From Pseudomonadota bacterium (lineage in GTDB: Bacteria > Pseudomonadota > Gammaproteobacteria > Burkholderiales > Burkholderiaceae_E), in assembly GCA_023389055.1 (NCBI GenBank), contig JAEWFA010000013.1:11361-75360 (forward strand): a stretch of DNA of 64,000 bases. The letters are read 5' to 3'. Shown here piece after piece: positions 1 through 11,191 of the stretch. The position numbers and the translations under genes were made by a program. Positions within the stretch are counted from its first letter, which is position 1, and every line of letters starts with the position of its first letter. The notes below the pieces were generated by a model. That model searched no databases, was not told the DNA's origin, and saw nothing but the letters and a program-made list of their open reading frames with translations.

Positions 1-1
1 G

Positions 2-1117
<1,116 letters not shown>

Positions 1118-1130
1118 GGAGTAGCGCGAG

Positions 1131-1907
1131 ATGCTCGAAATCAGTCAGTTGAAGGCTTCGGTCGACGGCAAGCAGATCCTGCGAGGCGTCGATCTGTCGG
1201 TGAAGGCCGGCGAAGTGCACGCGATCATGGGGCCGAACGGCTCGGGCAAGAGCACGCTGTCGCAGGTGCTTGCCGGGCGCGACAGCTACACGGTCGACGG
1301 CGGAACGGTCAGCTACGAGGGACACGACCTGCTGCAGATGCCGATCGAAGAGCGCGCCCGATCGGGAATCTTCCTCGCGTTCCAGTACCCGGTGGAGATT
1401 CCGGGCGTGTCGAACGCGTATTTCCTGAAGGCGGCGGTCAACGGGGTGCGCAGGCATCGCGGCCTGCCCGAGCTCGACGCGATGGACTTCCTCGCGAAGG
1501 TCAAGGCCGAGATGAAGGCCGTCGAGATGAAGGAGGAGTTCCTCTATCGTTCGGTGAACGAGGGTTTCTCGGGCGGCGAGAAGAAGCGCAACGAGGTGCT
1601 GCAGATGGCGCTGCTCGAGCCGAAGCTGGCGATCCTCGATGAAACCGACTCGGGGCTCGACATCGATGCGCTGCGCATCGTCGCCGACGGCATCAATCGG
1701 CTGCGTTCTCCCGAGCGCGCGATGATCGTCATCACGCACTACCAGCGACTGCTCGAGTACATCGTTCCCGATTTCGTCCACGTACTCGCCGAGGGTCGCA
1801 TCGTGCGCTCCGGCGGGCGCGAGCTCGCGCTCGAACTCGAGGAGCGCGGCTACGGCTGGATCGAGCGCGCGCCGGCCCAAGCCGCGCAGGCGGGGAGCGC
1901 GCGATGA
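1131..1907 (+). CDS. sufC: Fe-S cluster assembly ATPase SufC
   Basis: Walker [56 protein letters not shown]. Confidence 0.97.
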   Translation: MLEISQLKASVDGKQILRGVDLSVKAGEVHAIMGPNGSGKSTLSQVLAGRDSYTVDGGTVSYEGHDLLQMPIEERARSGIFLAFQYPVEIPGVSNAYFLKAAVNGVRRHRGLPELDAMDFLAKVKAEMKAVEMKEEFLYRSVNEGFSGGEKKRNEVLQMALLEPKLAILDETDSGLDIDALRIVADGINRLRSPERAMIVITHYQRLLEYIVPDFVHVLAEGRIVRSGGRELALELEERGYGWIERAPAQAAQAGSAR

Positions 1908-3244
1908 GTGCCGCGCAGCCCTGGGCCGACGCATTTCGCGAGCGCGCTCCTGCGCTCGCAGGCGCCCGGGTGCCGTGGCTCGCCGAGATCCGGCGGCGTG
2001 CGATCGATCGCTTCGCCTCCGAAGGCTGGCCCAGTGCCCGCTCCGATGCGTGGCGTCATACATCGCTGTTGTCGCTCGAACAGGAGCGTTTCGGTGCCCC
2101 GTCGGAGGACGCGCAGCGACAGTCGCAAGCGCGGTTGCGCGCCGTCGTCGACGCGCTGCGCGAGGGCGACGCCGGCCATTGGGCGGTGTTCGTCGACGGC
2201 CGTCACGCGCCGGCGCTGTCTTCGCCAGGTGCGCTCCCCGCCGGCGCGGAAGTCGCGCCGCTGGCGCGCATCCTCGATGAAGCGCCCGAGCGCGCCGAAG
2301 CGCATTTCGGCGCTGCCGAGGACGGCTACAGCCCCACGGCGTTGAATACCGCCTTCGCCGCCGACGGCGCCTTCGTGCACCTGCGGCGCGGAGTCGTCGT
2401 CGACGAGCCGATCCACCTGGTGTTCGTCGGTGTGACCGCGCACGCCGCACTGCACGTGCGCAACCTCGTCGTCGCCGAAGCCGGCGCCCAGGCGACCGTC
2501 GTCGAGCACCACGTCAAGGTGCACGACGAGGCGCTGCTGTCGAGCGTCGTCACGCGCATCGACTGCGCCGACGACGCGCGCATCACGCATCTGAAGCTGC
2601 AACAGGATTCCGAGCGGGCGGTGCATCTCGCGCGCATCGAGGCCCGGCAGGCGCGCGGCTCGATGTTCGCATCGCATTCGCTGTCCTTCGGCGCGCGGCT
2701 GGCGCGCAACGACATCGTCACGCGCTTCGAGGGCACCGGATGCGAGGCGCTGCTGAACGGCCTGTACCACGTCGACGGCAAGCGTCACGTCGACCACCAC
2801 ACGGTCATCGACCACGCGCAGCCGCACGGCACGAGTCGCGAGTTCTACCGCGGGATTATCGACGACGCCGGCCGCGGCGTGTTCGCCGGTCGCATCGTGG
2901 TTGCGCCCGGCGCGTTGCGCACCGACGCCGTGCAGCGCACCGACAACCTGCTGCTGTCACGGCAGGCCGAGGCCGATGCGCGGCCGGAACTCGAGATCTA
3001 CGCCGACGACGTCAAGTGCGCCCACGGCGCAACCGTCGGGCGAATCGACGAATCGGCGCTGTTCTACCTGCGCTCGCGCGCCATCGACGAGGAGCGTGCC
3101 CGGAACCTGCTCACCTGGGCTTTTGCCGCGCAGTCGCTGTCTCGCATCGGCATCGCGTCGCTCGAGCGTCGGGCGCGCGCGGCGTTGCTGGTCCGACTGC
3201 CGGGAGGCGCGGCGCTCGTTCGGGCGTTGGAGGAACTGCAATGA
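1904..3244 (+). CDS. sufD: Fe-S cluster assembly protein SufD
   Basis: [34 protein letters not shown] overlap with sufC. Confidence 0.95.
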   Translation: MSAAQPWADAFRERAPALAGARVPWLAEIRRRAIDRFASEGWPSARSDAWRHTSLLSLEQERFGAPSEDAQRQSQARLRAVVDALREGDAGHWAVFVDGRHAPALSSPGALPAGAEVAPLARILDEAPERAEAHFGAAEDGYSPTALNTAFAADGAFVHLRRGVVVDEPIHLVFVGVTAHAALHVRNLVVAEAGAQATVVEHHVKVHDEALLSSVVTRIDCADDARITHLKLQQDSERAVHLARIEARQARGSMFASHSLSFGARLARNDIVTRFEGTGCEALLNGLYHVDGKRHVDHHTVIDHAQPHGTSREFYRGIIDDAGRGVFAGRIVVAPGALRTDAVQRTDNLLLSRQAEADARPELEIYADDVKCAHGATVGRIDESALFYLRSRAIDEERARNLLTWAFAAQSLSRIGIASLERRARAALLVRLPGGAALVRALEELQ

Positions 3245-4518
3245 ACGCGGCGGTGCACGGCGTGCGTGCGAGCGCGCGCGGCGAGGCGGCGCCGCGCGCA
3301 ACTGTGGCTGCGCGCAAGGCGGATTTTCCGATCCTCGCGCGCCACGTGCGCGGCAAGCCGCTCGTCTATCTCGACAACGCCGCGACGACGCAGAAGCCCG
3401 AATCGGTGATCGAGGCCGAGTCGCGCTATTACCGCGAGTCGAACGCCAACATCCATCGCGGCGTGCACTGGCTGTCGCAGCATTCCACCGACCTGTACGA
3501 GGAAGCACGCGAGCGCGTGCGCGCGCTGCTGAACGCGGCGCGCGGGGAGGAGATCGTCTTCACGCGCGGCACCACCGAGGCGATCAACCTGGTCGCGTAC
3601 AGCTGGGGCCGCGCCAACCTGAAGGCGGGCGACGAGATCCTCGTCACGACGATGGAGCATCACTCCAACATCGTCCCGTGGCAGCTCGTCTGCGAGCAGA
3701 CGGGAGCGGTGCTGCGCGTTGCGCCGATCGACGACGACGGCGCGCTCGATCTCGATGCCTTCGATGCGCTGCTCGGCCCGCGCACGCGGTTCGTCTCCGT
3801 CGTGCACGTCTCGAACGCCCTCGGCACCGTCAACCCGGTGGCGCGCCTCGTGCAGCGCGCGAAAGCCGCCGGCGCCGTCGTGCTGGTCGATGGCGCGCAG
3901 GCCGTCGCGCACACGGCCGTCGACGTGCAGGCGATCGGCTGCGACTTCTACGCGTTCTCCGGGCACAAGATCTACGGGCCGACCGGCATCGGCGCACTGT
4001 ACGGTCGCTACGAACTGCTCCAGGCGATGCCTCCGTGGCAGGGGGGCGGCGACATGATCCGCACGGTGAGCTTCGAGAAGAGCACCTGGGCAGACGCTCC
4101 GCAGCGTTTCGAGGCGGGAACGCCGAACATCGCCGGTGTCGTCGGGCTCGGCGCCGCGATCGACTACCTGCGCTCGATCGGCCTCGATCGCGTCGCCGCG
4201 CACGAGCATGCACTGCTCGAGTACGGCACGCGTGCGCTCGAGACCATCCCGGGGCTGCGGTTGATCGGAACCGCTCCCGGCAAGGCCGGCATCCTGTCGT
4301 TCACGGTGCAGGGCATCCACCCGCACGACCTCGGCACGATACTCGACACCGAAGGCGTCGCGATCCGTGCCGGCCACCACTGCACGATGCCGCTGATGCG
4401 GCGCTTCGGCATTCCGGGGACGGCGCGCGCCTCGCTGGCGTTGTACAACGACGAGTCCGACATCGACGTCCTGGCGGCGGCCATTCGTCGCGCGCAGGAC
4501 CTGTTTGAAGGCAATTGA
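3241..4518 (+). CDS. sufS: Cysteine desulfurase SufS
   Basis: YLDNAATTQKP, PLP lysine SGHKIYGPTGIG, RAGHHC; true start ATG 3241 inside the longer tracked ORF. Confidence 0.96.
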   Translation: MNAAVHGVRASARGEAAPRATVAARKADFPILARHVRGKPLVYLDNAATTQKPESVIEAESRYYRESNANIHRGVHWLSQHSTDLYEEARERVRALLNAARGEEIVFTRGTTEAINLVAYSWGRANLKAGDEILVTTMEHHSNIVPWQLVCEQTGAVLRVAPIDDDGALDLDAFDALLGPRTRFVSVVHVSNALGTVNPVARLVQRAKAAGAVVLVDGAQAVAHTAVDVQAIGCDFYAFSGHKIYGPTGIGALYGRYELLQAMPPWQGGGDMIRTVSFEKSTWADAPQRFEAGTPNIAGVVGLGAAIDYLRSIGLDRVAAHEHALLEYGTRALETIPGLRLIGTAPGKAGILSFTVQGIHPHDLGTILDTEGVAIRAGHHCTMPLMRRFGIPGTARASLALYNDESDIDVLAAAIRRAQDLFEGN

Positions 4519-4523
4519 CGACG

Positions 4524-4976
4524 ATGAGTTCGCGCGGCGATCTTCGCGAGCTGTACCAGGAAGTGATCTTCGATCACAACCGCAAGCCGCGGAATTTCCA
4601 TGAAATGCCCGAGGCCAATCACAGTGCCGACGGGCACAACCCGCTTTGCGGCGACCAGCTCACCGTCTACCTGCGCGTGAGCGGTTCACGCGTGGACGAT
4701 GTGAGCTTCGTCGGACACGGCTGCGCGATTTCCACCGCGTCGGCGTCGCTGATGACCGAGGCGGTGAAGGGGCGGTCGATCGACGAGATCGAGGCGCTGT
4801 TCCGCGACGTGCACGCGCTGCTCACCGATGCGCAGCCGCCCGGGCGCGACTTCGGCAAGCTGATCGCGCTGTCGGGCGTACGCGAATTTCCGGTGCGAGT
4901 GAAGTGCGCGACGCTCGCCTGGCACACCTTGCACAATGCGCTCGCCGGCCACGGCGAGCAGGCGAAAACGGAGTGA
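4524..4976 (+). CDS. sufU: SUF system NifU-family scaffold/sulfur-transfer protein SufU
   Basis: LYQEVIFDH, NPLCGD, GCAISTASAS, RVKCATLAWH; start 4515 or 4524. Confidence 0.93.
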   Translation: MSSRGDLRELYQEVIFDHNRKPRNFHEMPEANHSADGHNPLCGDQLTVYLRVSGSRVDDVSFVGHGCAISTASASLMTEAVKGRSIDEIEALFRDVHALLTDAQPPGRDFGKLIALSGVREFPVRVKCATLAWHTLHNALAGHGEQAKTE

Positions 4977-4986
4977 GGGCCGAGTG

Positions 4987-5559
4987 ATGGGCAGCAGACA
5001 TGGACAGGCGCAGGAGTTCACGATCGAGCAATCGTGCCCTGCGGTCGAGGTGCCTTGGGGGACGTCGGTGAACCTGATGGCGGGCAAGCCCGGGCAGGTG
5101 ACGCAGCGCCTGGGCGGAACGATCACCGTGATGGTCGAAGGCAACCTGTACCGCGTCGAGGAGCAGTATGCCGACGCCCTCGGCCTGGAGCCGCTGGTTC
5201 TTCCGGAAGTGGCCGATCTGTTCGTCGACAAGGCGCCCACGCCGGAACTGATCGAGCAGGCGGCCTGGAAGGTGCTCGGCACCTGCTACGACCCCGAGAT
5301 ACCGATGGACATCGTCAATCTGGGGCTCGTGTACAGCTGCGTCTGCAGTAACATCGACCACGGCAGCTTTCGGCTGGACGTGCAGATGACGGTGACTGCG
5401 CCCGGCTGCGGGATGGGCACGCTGATGTGCGACGAAGCGCGCGAGAAGCTGCTGAAGATTCCCAACGTCGACCAGGCGAAAGTCGAACTGGTGTTCGACC
5501 CGCCGTGGACACGCTACATGATGAGCGAAGCGGCGCGGCTCGAGATGGGGATGTTCTAG
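4987..5559 (+). CDS. sufT: Putative Fe-S cluster assembly protein SufT (DUF59/FeS_assembly_P)
   Basis: CYDPEIPMDIVNLGLVY, TVTAPGCGMG, ELVFDPPW, SEAARLEMGMF. Confidence 0.9.
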   Translation: MGSRHGQAQEFTIEQSCPAVEVPWGTSVNLMAGKPGQVTQRLGGTITVMVEGNLYRVEEQYADALGLEPLVLPEVADLFVDKAPTPELIEQAAWKVLGTCYDPEIPMDIVNLGLVYSCVCSNIDHGSFRLDVQMTVTAPGCGMGTLMCDEAREKLLKIPNVDQAKVELVFDPPWTRYMMSEAARLEMGMF

Positions 5560-5584
5560 CGCGCGCAAGCGACGGAGGGATCGC

Positions 5585-5992
5585 ATGCAACGGCAGACGG
5601 CAGCAGGCGGCGCGGCCAGGCCGCTGCCGAAGTTCCTGAACCTTGCGCAGATCCGCTTTCCGGTCGGCGCGATCGCATCGATCCTGCATCGTGTCTCGGG
5701 CGTCGTGCTCGCCCTCTCGCTGCCCTTGCTGGCGAGCGCGCTCGCCGATTCGCTGCGCAGCCCCGAGGGCTTCGCCTCCGTCGTCCATGGCGCCACCCGT
5801 TCGTGGTTTGCGCCGTTGCTGTTCATCGGCGCCTGGGCGCTCGTGCATCACATCTTCGCCGGGGTGCGCCACCTGCTGATGGATGCGGGAATCGGACACC
5901 GGCTGCCGCAGGCGCGCACGAGCGCCTTCGTCTCGATCGCCGCCGGCATCGTCGCGGCCGTCTTGTGGGTGGTTGCCTGGGGACTGCGATGA
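5585..5992 (+). CDS. sdhC: Succinate dehydrogenase cytochrome b556 subunit-like
   Basis: RP..FLNLAQIRFPVGAIASILHRVSG, HHIFAGVRHLLMD; three hydrophobic segments. Confidence 0.88.
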   Translation: MQRQTAAGGAARPLPKFLNLAQIRFPVGAIASILHRVSGVVLALSLPLLASALADSLRSPEGFASVVHGATRSWFAPLLFIGAWALVHHIFAGVRHLLMDAGIGHRLPQARTSAFVSIAAGIVAAVLWVVAWGLR

Positions 5993-6321
5993 GAGTCTTC
6001 TCCGGGCAGCGCGCGTGGCTGCTGCAACGATTCACCGCGCTCGCCATCCTCGTCCTCCTCGTGCTGGGCATCGTGCGGCTGGCCCTGTCCGGCGGTTCCG
6101 CGTACGAGCGCTGGCATGCGCTGGCCACCAGCACGCACGGTGCGGTGCTGATCCTCGCCTTCTTCGTCTCGATGGGACTGCACGGCTGGATCGGCGTTCG
6201 CGACGTCGTGCTCGACTACGTGCATGCGCCGGCGGTTCGCCTGCCGCTGCTCGCGGTCGTCGCGTTCCTCCTGGTCGCGATCCAGATCCGCGTCGCGATG
6301 ATCCTGCTGGGGCAGCCATGA
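5989..6321 (+). CDS. sdhD: Succinate dehydrogenase hydrophobic membrane anchor subunit-like
   Basis: WLLQRFTA, HGWIGVRDVVLDYV; ATGA overlap with sdhC. Confidence 0.85.
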   Translation: MRVFSGQRAWLLQRFTALAILVLLVLGIVRLALSGGSAYERWHALATSTHGAVLILAFFVSMGLHGWIGVRDVVLDYVHAPAVRLPLLAVVAFLLVAIQIRVAMILLGQP

Positions 6322-7013
6322 AGGTGAGCATCTACCGCTTCGACCCGGACGTCGACGCGCGTCCGCGCATGCAGGACTACGACGTCGAGTTGCGCCACAC
6401 CGACCGGATGCTGCTCGACGTGCTGCTGCGGCTCAAGGAGATCGACGACAGCCTTTCGTTCCGTCGCTCGTGCCGGGAGGGCGTCTGCGGATCCGATGCG
6501 ATGAACATCAACGGGAGCAACGGACTGGCGTGCATCCATCCGGTGTCCGAACTGAAGGAACCGGTCGTGCTGCGCCCGCTGCCGGGCTTTCCCGTCGTGC
6601 GCGACCTCGTCGTCGACATGACGCAGTTCTTCTCTCACTACCACTCCATCCGCCCCTACGTCGTCGACGACCGTCCGATGCCGGAGCGCGAGCGACTGCA
6701 GTCGCCCGAGGAGCGCGAGCGGCTGAACGGGTTGTACGAGTGCATCCTGTGCGCATGCTGCAGCTCGTTCTGCCCGTCGTATTGGTGGAACCCCGACAAG
6801 TTCATCGGCCCGGCAGGGCTGCTGCAGGCCTGGCGCTTCATCACCGACAGCCGGGACACGGCACGCAGCGAGCGCCTGGCCTACCTCGATGACGTCTATC
6901 GCTTGTACCGTTGCCGCACGATCATGAACTGCACCGAGGTGTGCCCGAAGGGGCTGAGCCCCTCGCACGCGATCGAGCAGATCCGCCTTGCGCTCGTGAA
7001 GGACTCCTCTTAG
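6318..7013 (+). CDS. sdhB: Succinate dehydrogenase iron-sulfur subunit
   Basis: RRSCREGVCGSDAMNING, CILCACCSSFCPSYWWN, CRTIMNCTEVCP; ATGA overlap with sdhD. Confidence 0.95.
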   Translation: MKVSIYRFDPDVDARPRMQDYDVELRHTDRMLLDVLLRLKEIDDSLSFRRSCREGVCGSDAMNINGSNGLACIHPVSELKEPVVLRPLPGFPVVRDLVVDMTQFFSHYHSIRPYVVDDRPMPERERLQSPEERERLNGLYECILCACCSSFCPSYWWNPDKFIGPAGLLQAWRFITDSRDTARSERLAYLDDVYRLYRCRTIMNCTEVCPKGLSPSHAIEQIRLALVKDSS

Positions 7014-7030
7014 GCGCAGCCGCGGGCGCC

Positions 7031-7048
7031 GCACCGGATCTCCGGTGC
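7031..7048. terminator. GC-rich hairpin after sdhB (possible terminator or processing stem)
   Basis: GCACCGGA-TC-TCCGGTGC inverted repeat; no U-tract. Confidence 0.3.
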
Positions 7049-7139
7049 CGGCCTGGACGCGTTCTCGCGTACATTGGAACCCGTCGAAAACGGTTTCCCG
7101 GAGAACCCGATGGAGCGAATCCCGCACGAGGCGGCGGCG

Positions 7140-7481
7140 ATGCGGTGGCGTTGCATCGCACCTGCGTTGGCCGCAGTCGCGCTGGTCGGCGCGGGCGCCG
7201 CGCCCGGCGCGCTGCGCGCCGCGCAAGGCCCGAGCGACGAGGCGCTCGGCGCAGCGCTCTACGAAACGCGCTGCACGGCGTGCCACGAGCGCAGCGTGCA
7301 CTCGCGAAGCCCGCGGCGCGCCGGCAGCTTCGACCAGATCCGCGCCTACGTCTGGCGATGGGACCGCTATCTGGGCGGTGCATGGCAGCAGGGCGAAATC
7401 GACGCGGTGGCGAAATACCTGAACGAGCGCTACTACCACTTCGCCTGTCCGCAGGACGTCTGCGGGCTGGCGGCGCGCTGA
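7140..7481 (+). CDS. Exported monoheme c-type cytochrome
   Basis: Signal-peptide-like N-terminus, CTACH heme motif, C-terminal YLNERYYHF; start uncertain (7110 or 7140). Confidence 0.8.
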   Translation: MRWRCIAPALAAVALVGAGAAPGALRAAQGPSDEALGAALYETRCTACHERSVHSRSPRRAGSFDQIRAYVWRWDRYLGGAWQQGEIDAVAKYLNERYYHFACPQDVCGLAAR

Positions 7482-7483
7482 GC

Positions 7484-8443
7484 ATGGCGACGACGCTGCT
7501 CGCATTGCTCGACGACATCGCCAGCGTGCTGGACGACGTGTCGGCAATGACGAAGGTGGCCACGAAGAAGACCGCCGGGGTGCTCGGCGACGATCTCGCG
7601 CTCAACGCGCAGCAGGTTTCCGGCGTGCACGCCGACCGCGAGCTGCCCGTCGTCTGGGCAGTGGCCAAGGGCTCGCTGCGCAACAAGGCGATCCTCGTGC
7701 CCGCGGCGCTGGCCATCAGCGCCTTCGCACCGTGGGCGATCACGCCGCTGCTGATGCTCGGCGGGGCCTATCTGTGCTACGAAGGCTTCGAGAAGATCGC
7801 GCACCGCCTGTTCCACGGCAGCCAACACGAGTCGCGCGGCCCGACCGCGCCGGTGATGGGCGATCCGATGCCCGCCGGAGAGCTCGAGGCGATGGAGAAG
7901 AAGAAGATCGAAGGCGCGGTGCGCACCGATTTCATCCTGTCGGCCGAGATCATCACGATCTCGCTCGGTGCGGTGGCCGCCGGGACCTTCGGCGTGAAGG
8001 TCGGCGTGCTCGTCGCCGTCGCCGTGCTGATGACGGTGGGCGTCTACGGGCTCGTCGCCGGCATCGTCAAGCTCGACGACCTGGGGCTGCACCTGCTCGG
8101 GCACAGCGGCGCCGGTTTCCTCGACCGCCTGCGGCGCCTGCTCGGCGCCGGGATCGTCCGCGCGACGCCGTGGCTGATGAAGACGCTGTCGATCGCCGGC
8201 ACGGCGGCGATGTTCCTCGTCGGCGGTGGAATTCTCGCGCATGGCCTCCCCGGTTTCGAATCGTGGCTGCATCGGCTGCTCGACCCGATCGACGACTCGC
8301 CGGTGTTCGGCAACGTCGTCGAGGCGCTCGGTCCGATGCTGTTCAACGCGTTGCTCGGCGTCGTCGCCGGCGCGACCGTGCTCGCTGCCGTGAACGCCGG
8401 ACAGCGCGTCGTCTCGGCCTGGCGCCCGAGCGCCGACCGATGA
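7484..8443 (+). CDS. DUF808 (YedI-like) inner membrane protein
   Basis: LLALLDDIASVLDDV, KKTAGVLGDDLALNAQQV, RTDFILSAEII. Confidence 0.9.
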   Translation: MATTLLALLDDIASVLDDVSAMTKVATKKTAGVLGDDLALNAQQVSGVHADRELPVVWAVAKGSLRNKAILVPAALAISAFAPWAITPLLMLGGAYLCYEGFEKIAHRLFHGSQHESRGPTAPVMGDPMPAGELEAMEKKKIEGAVRTDFILSAEIITISLGAVAAGTFGVKVGVLVAVAVLMTVGVYGLVAGIVKLDDLGLHLLGHSGAGFLDRLRRLLGAGIVRATPWLMKTLSIAGTAAMFLVGGGILAHGLPGFESWLHRLLDPIDDSPVFGNVVEALGPMLFNALLGVVAGATVLAAVNAGQRVVSAWRPSADR

Positions 8444-11127
8444 GCGTCCGCAGCCTCGTGCACCTGTTCGAGCCGCGCTCGGTCGCGGTGATCGGCGCAT
8501 CGAACAAGCCGCGCCACGTCGGCAACGTGCTGATGCGCAATCTGCTCGAGGGCGGCATCGACGCGCCGGTGATGCCGGTGAACCCGCACTATCGCTCGGT
8601 CGCCGGCGTGCTCACCTACCCGGACGTCGCCAGCCTGCCGCAGGCGCCGGAACTCGCCGTCGTCTGCAGTCCGGCGACGACGATCGCCGAGTCGATCGAC
8701 GCGCTGGGCCGGCGAGGAACGCGGGTGGCGATCGTCGTGCACGACGACCTGCTCGGACGGCGGGACGCCGGCGGCCAATGGGTACGCGAGGCGATGCTCG
8801 CCGCTGCGCGACGCCATTCGATGCGCGTGCTGGGCGCGGGCAGCCTGGGCGTGCTCGTGCCGCGGGTAGGCCTGAACGCGAGCCTGAGCCACGTTCCGGC
8901 CTTGCCGGGCAAGCTCGCCTTCGTCTCGCAGTCGGGTGCGCTGTGCACGGCGGTGCTCGACTGGGCGCGCGCCAAGGGCATCGGCTTCTCGCATTTCGTC
9001 GCACTCGGTGACTGCGACGACATCGATTTCGGCGACGTGCTCGATTACCTGGGAAGCGATCCGGACACCGATGCGATCCTGCTGTACATCGAGCGGATTC
9101 GCGAGCGTCGCAATTTCATGGCGGCGGCGCGCGCTGCTGCACGCAACAAGCCGGTGCTCGCCGTGAAGGCCGGACGCGTCGCGCTCGACAACGGCGATCT
9201 CGAGTCCCCGGCGACGCTCTCGGGCGCGCTCGCACGGCCCGACGACGTCTTCGATGCGGCGCTGCGGCGGGCCGGCATCCTGCGCGTCTACGACATCGAC
9301 GAACTCTTCGCGGCCGTGGAGACGCTCAGCCGGGCGAAGGCGTTCCGCGGCGAGCGCCTGGCGATCATCCACAACGGCGGCGGCGCCGGCCTGATGGCGC
9401 TCGACGAACTGCTGCTCGGCGGCGGCACCTGCGCGCGCCTGGGCGATGAAACGACGCGGCGCCTGGCCGAGCTGTTGCCGGCCGCGTCGTCGCCGAGCAA
9501 TCCGGTGGACGTCGGCGTCAACGCGCCGGGTCGGCGCTATGCCGAGTGCCTGAAGGCGGTGCTGGCCGACCGGGAGGTCAATGCCGCGCTGGTGATGCAT
9601 GCCCCTACGGCGACCACGCGGGGCGACGAGGCCGCGCAGGCGGTGATCGGCGTGGCCCGCGAGTTGCGCGCGGCGCGAATCCTCACCTGCTGGGTGGGCG
9701 CCGATGCGGCGACGGTGCCGCGGCGGTTGTTCGCCGACGCCGGGCTGCCTACCTACGAGACGCCGTCGAGTGCCGTGAAAGCGTTCCTGCACGTGGTGAA
9801 TTTCCACCGCAACCAGGAAATGCTGATGCAGACGCCGCCGTCGCTGCCGAGCGAGTTCCGGCCCGACGTCGATGCCGCGCGCACCGTGGTGGAGCGTGCG
9901 CTGGCGGCCGGCGGCTCGCTGCTTTCCGAGCCCGACGCCAAGGCGGTGCTCGCCGCCTACGGCATTCCGGTGGTTCCGACGCGCATCGCCGAGTCGCTCG
10001 AGCATGCGGCGCAGGTGGCCGACAGCATCGGTTATCCGCTCGCGCTCACCGTGCTGTCGCCGGACATCGCGCGCAAGTGGGACGTCGGCGGCGTGGCGCT
10101 GAATCTGGAGAGTGCAGACGCCGTGCGTACCGCCGCGCTCGGCATGACCCGGCGCGTCTCCGAGCGCATGCCGAGCGCGCGGATCACCGGGTTCACGCTG
10201 CAGCCGATGGTGCCGCGGCGAAACGCGCGCCAGCTGATCGTCGGCGTCACCACCGATCCGTTGTTCGGCCCGGTGATCCTCTTCGGCGAAGGCGGCCGGG
10301 CGGTCGAGGTGATCCGCGACCATGCGATCGGGCTGCCGCCGCTGAACCTGCCGCTCGCGCGCGAGCTCATCGCGCGCACTCGCATCGACAAGCTGCTCGG
10401 CGCGTATCGCGACCGGCCGGCGGCAGACGTCGATGCAATCTGCCTGACCCTCGTGAAAGTCTCGCAGCTCGTCGTCGATCTTCCCGAGATCGTCGAAATC
10501 GACATCAATCCGCTGTTCGCCGGCGACCAGGGCGTCGTCTGCGTCGATGCGCACATGCGCGTCGATGCAGCCGCGCGTCGCCCGGGACGGCTGGCGATCC
10601 GTCCGTACCCGAAGAACCTCGAGGAGAAGGCGCGGTTGCGCAGCGGGCGCGAGATCCTTCTGCGCCCGATCCGGCCGGAGGACGAGCCCGCGCACCAGAC
10701 GCTGCTCACCCACATGACGCCCGAGGACCTGCGATTCCGTTTCTTCGACTCGGTGCGCCAGCTCGGGCACTCGCAGATGGCGCGGCTCACACAGATCGAC
10801 TACGACCGCGAGATGGCATTCATCGCCGCCGCGCACGGAGACGACGGCAAGACCGAGACGCTCGGCGTCGTGCGCACCGTCACCGACCCTGACAACCTCG
10901 CCGCCGAGTTCGCGGTCCTCGTGCGCTCCGACCTGAAGGGGCAGGGGCTCGGTCGGCTGCTGATGTCGAAGATCATCGAATACTGTCGCCGCCAGGGCAC
11001 GCGCGAGATCGTCGGCGAGATCCTCGGCGAGAACGACGGCATGCTCCGGCTGGCAAGCCGGCTCGGTTTCGCGCTCGAGCCCGACCGCGAAACGGGAACG
11101 ATCCGCGCGCGCCTGGCGCTGAACTGA
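8440..11127 (+). CDS. pat: Protein lysine acetyltransferase Pat/PatZ type (acyl-CoA synthetase-like + C-terminal GNAT)
   Basis: LFEPRSVAVIGAS, VSQSGAL, ATP-grasp DPLFGPVILFG/EIDINPL, GNAT RLTQIDYDREMAF...KGQGLG. Confidence 0.88.
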   Translation: MSVRSLVHLFEPRSVAVIGASNKPRHVGNVLMRNLLEGGIDAPVMPVNPHYRSVAGVLTYPDVASLPQAPELAVVCSPATTIAESIDALGRRGTRVAIVVHDDLLGRRDAGGQWVREAMLAAARRHSMRVLGAGSLGVLVPRVGLNASLSHVPALPGKLAFVSQSGALCTAVLDWARAKGIGFSHFVALGDCDDIDFGDVLDYLGSDPDTDAILLYIERIRERRNFMAAARAAARNKPVLAVKAGRVALDNGDLESPATLSGALARPDDVFDAALRRAGILRVYDIDELFAAVETLSRAKAFRGERLAIIHNGGGAGLMALDELLLGGGTCARLGDETTRRLAELLPAASSPSNPVDVGVNAPGRRYAECLKAVLADREVNAALVMHAPTATTRGDEAAQAVIGVARELRAARILTCWVGADAATVPRRLFADAGLPTYETPSSAVKAFLHVVNFHRNQEMLMQTPPSLPSEFRPDVDAARTVVERALAAGGSLLSEPDAKAVLAAYGIPVVPTRIAESLEHAAQVADSIGYPLALTVLSPDIARKWDVGGVALNLESADAVRTAALGMTRRVSERMPSARITGFTLQPMVPRRNARQLIVGVTTDPLFGPVILFGEGGRAVEVIRDHAIGLPPLNLPLARELIARTRIDKLLGAYRDRPAADVDAICLTLVKVSQLVVDLPEIVEIDINPLFAGDQGVVCVDAHMRVDAAARRPGRLAIRPYPKNLEEKARLRSGREILLRPIRPEDEPAHQTLLTHMTPEDLRFRFFDSVRQLGHSQMARLTQIDYDREMAFIAAAHGDDGKTETLGVVRTVTDPDNLAAEFAVLVRSDLKGQGLGRLLMSKIIEYCRRQGTREIVGEILGENDGMLRLASRLGFALEPDRETGTIRARLALN

Positions 11128-11191
11128 AGCTCGACGATTTCATGCGTACGCTATTGCGTCGCCTGCGCGCTGCAGCGAGAATCGCTGGACC

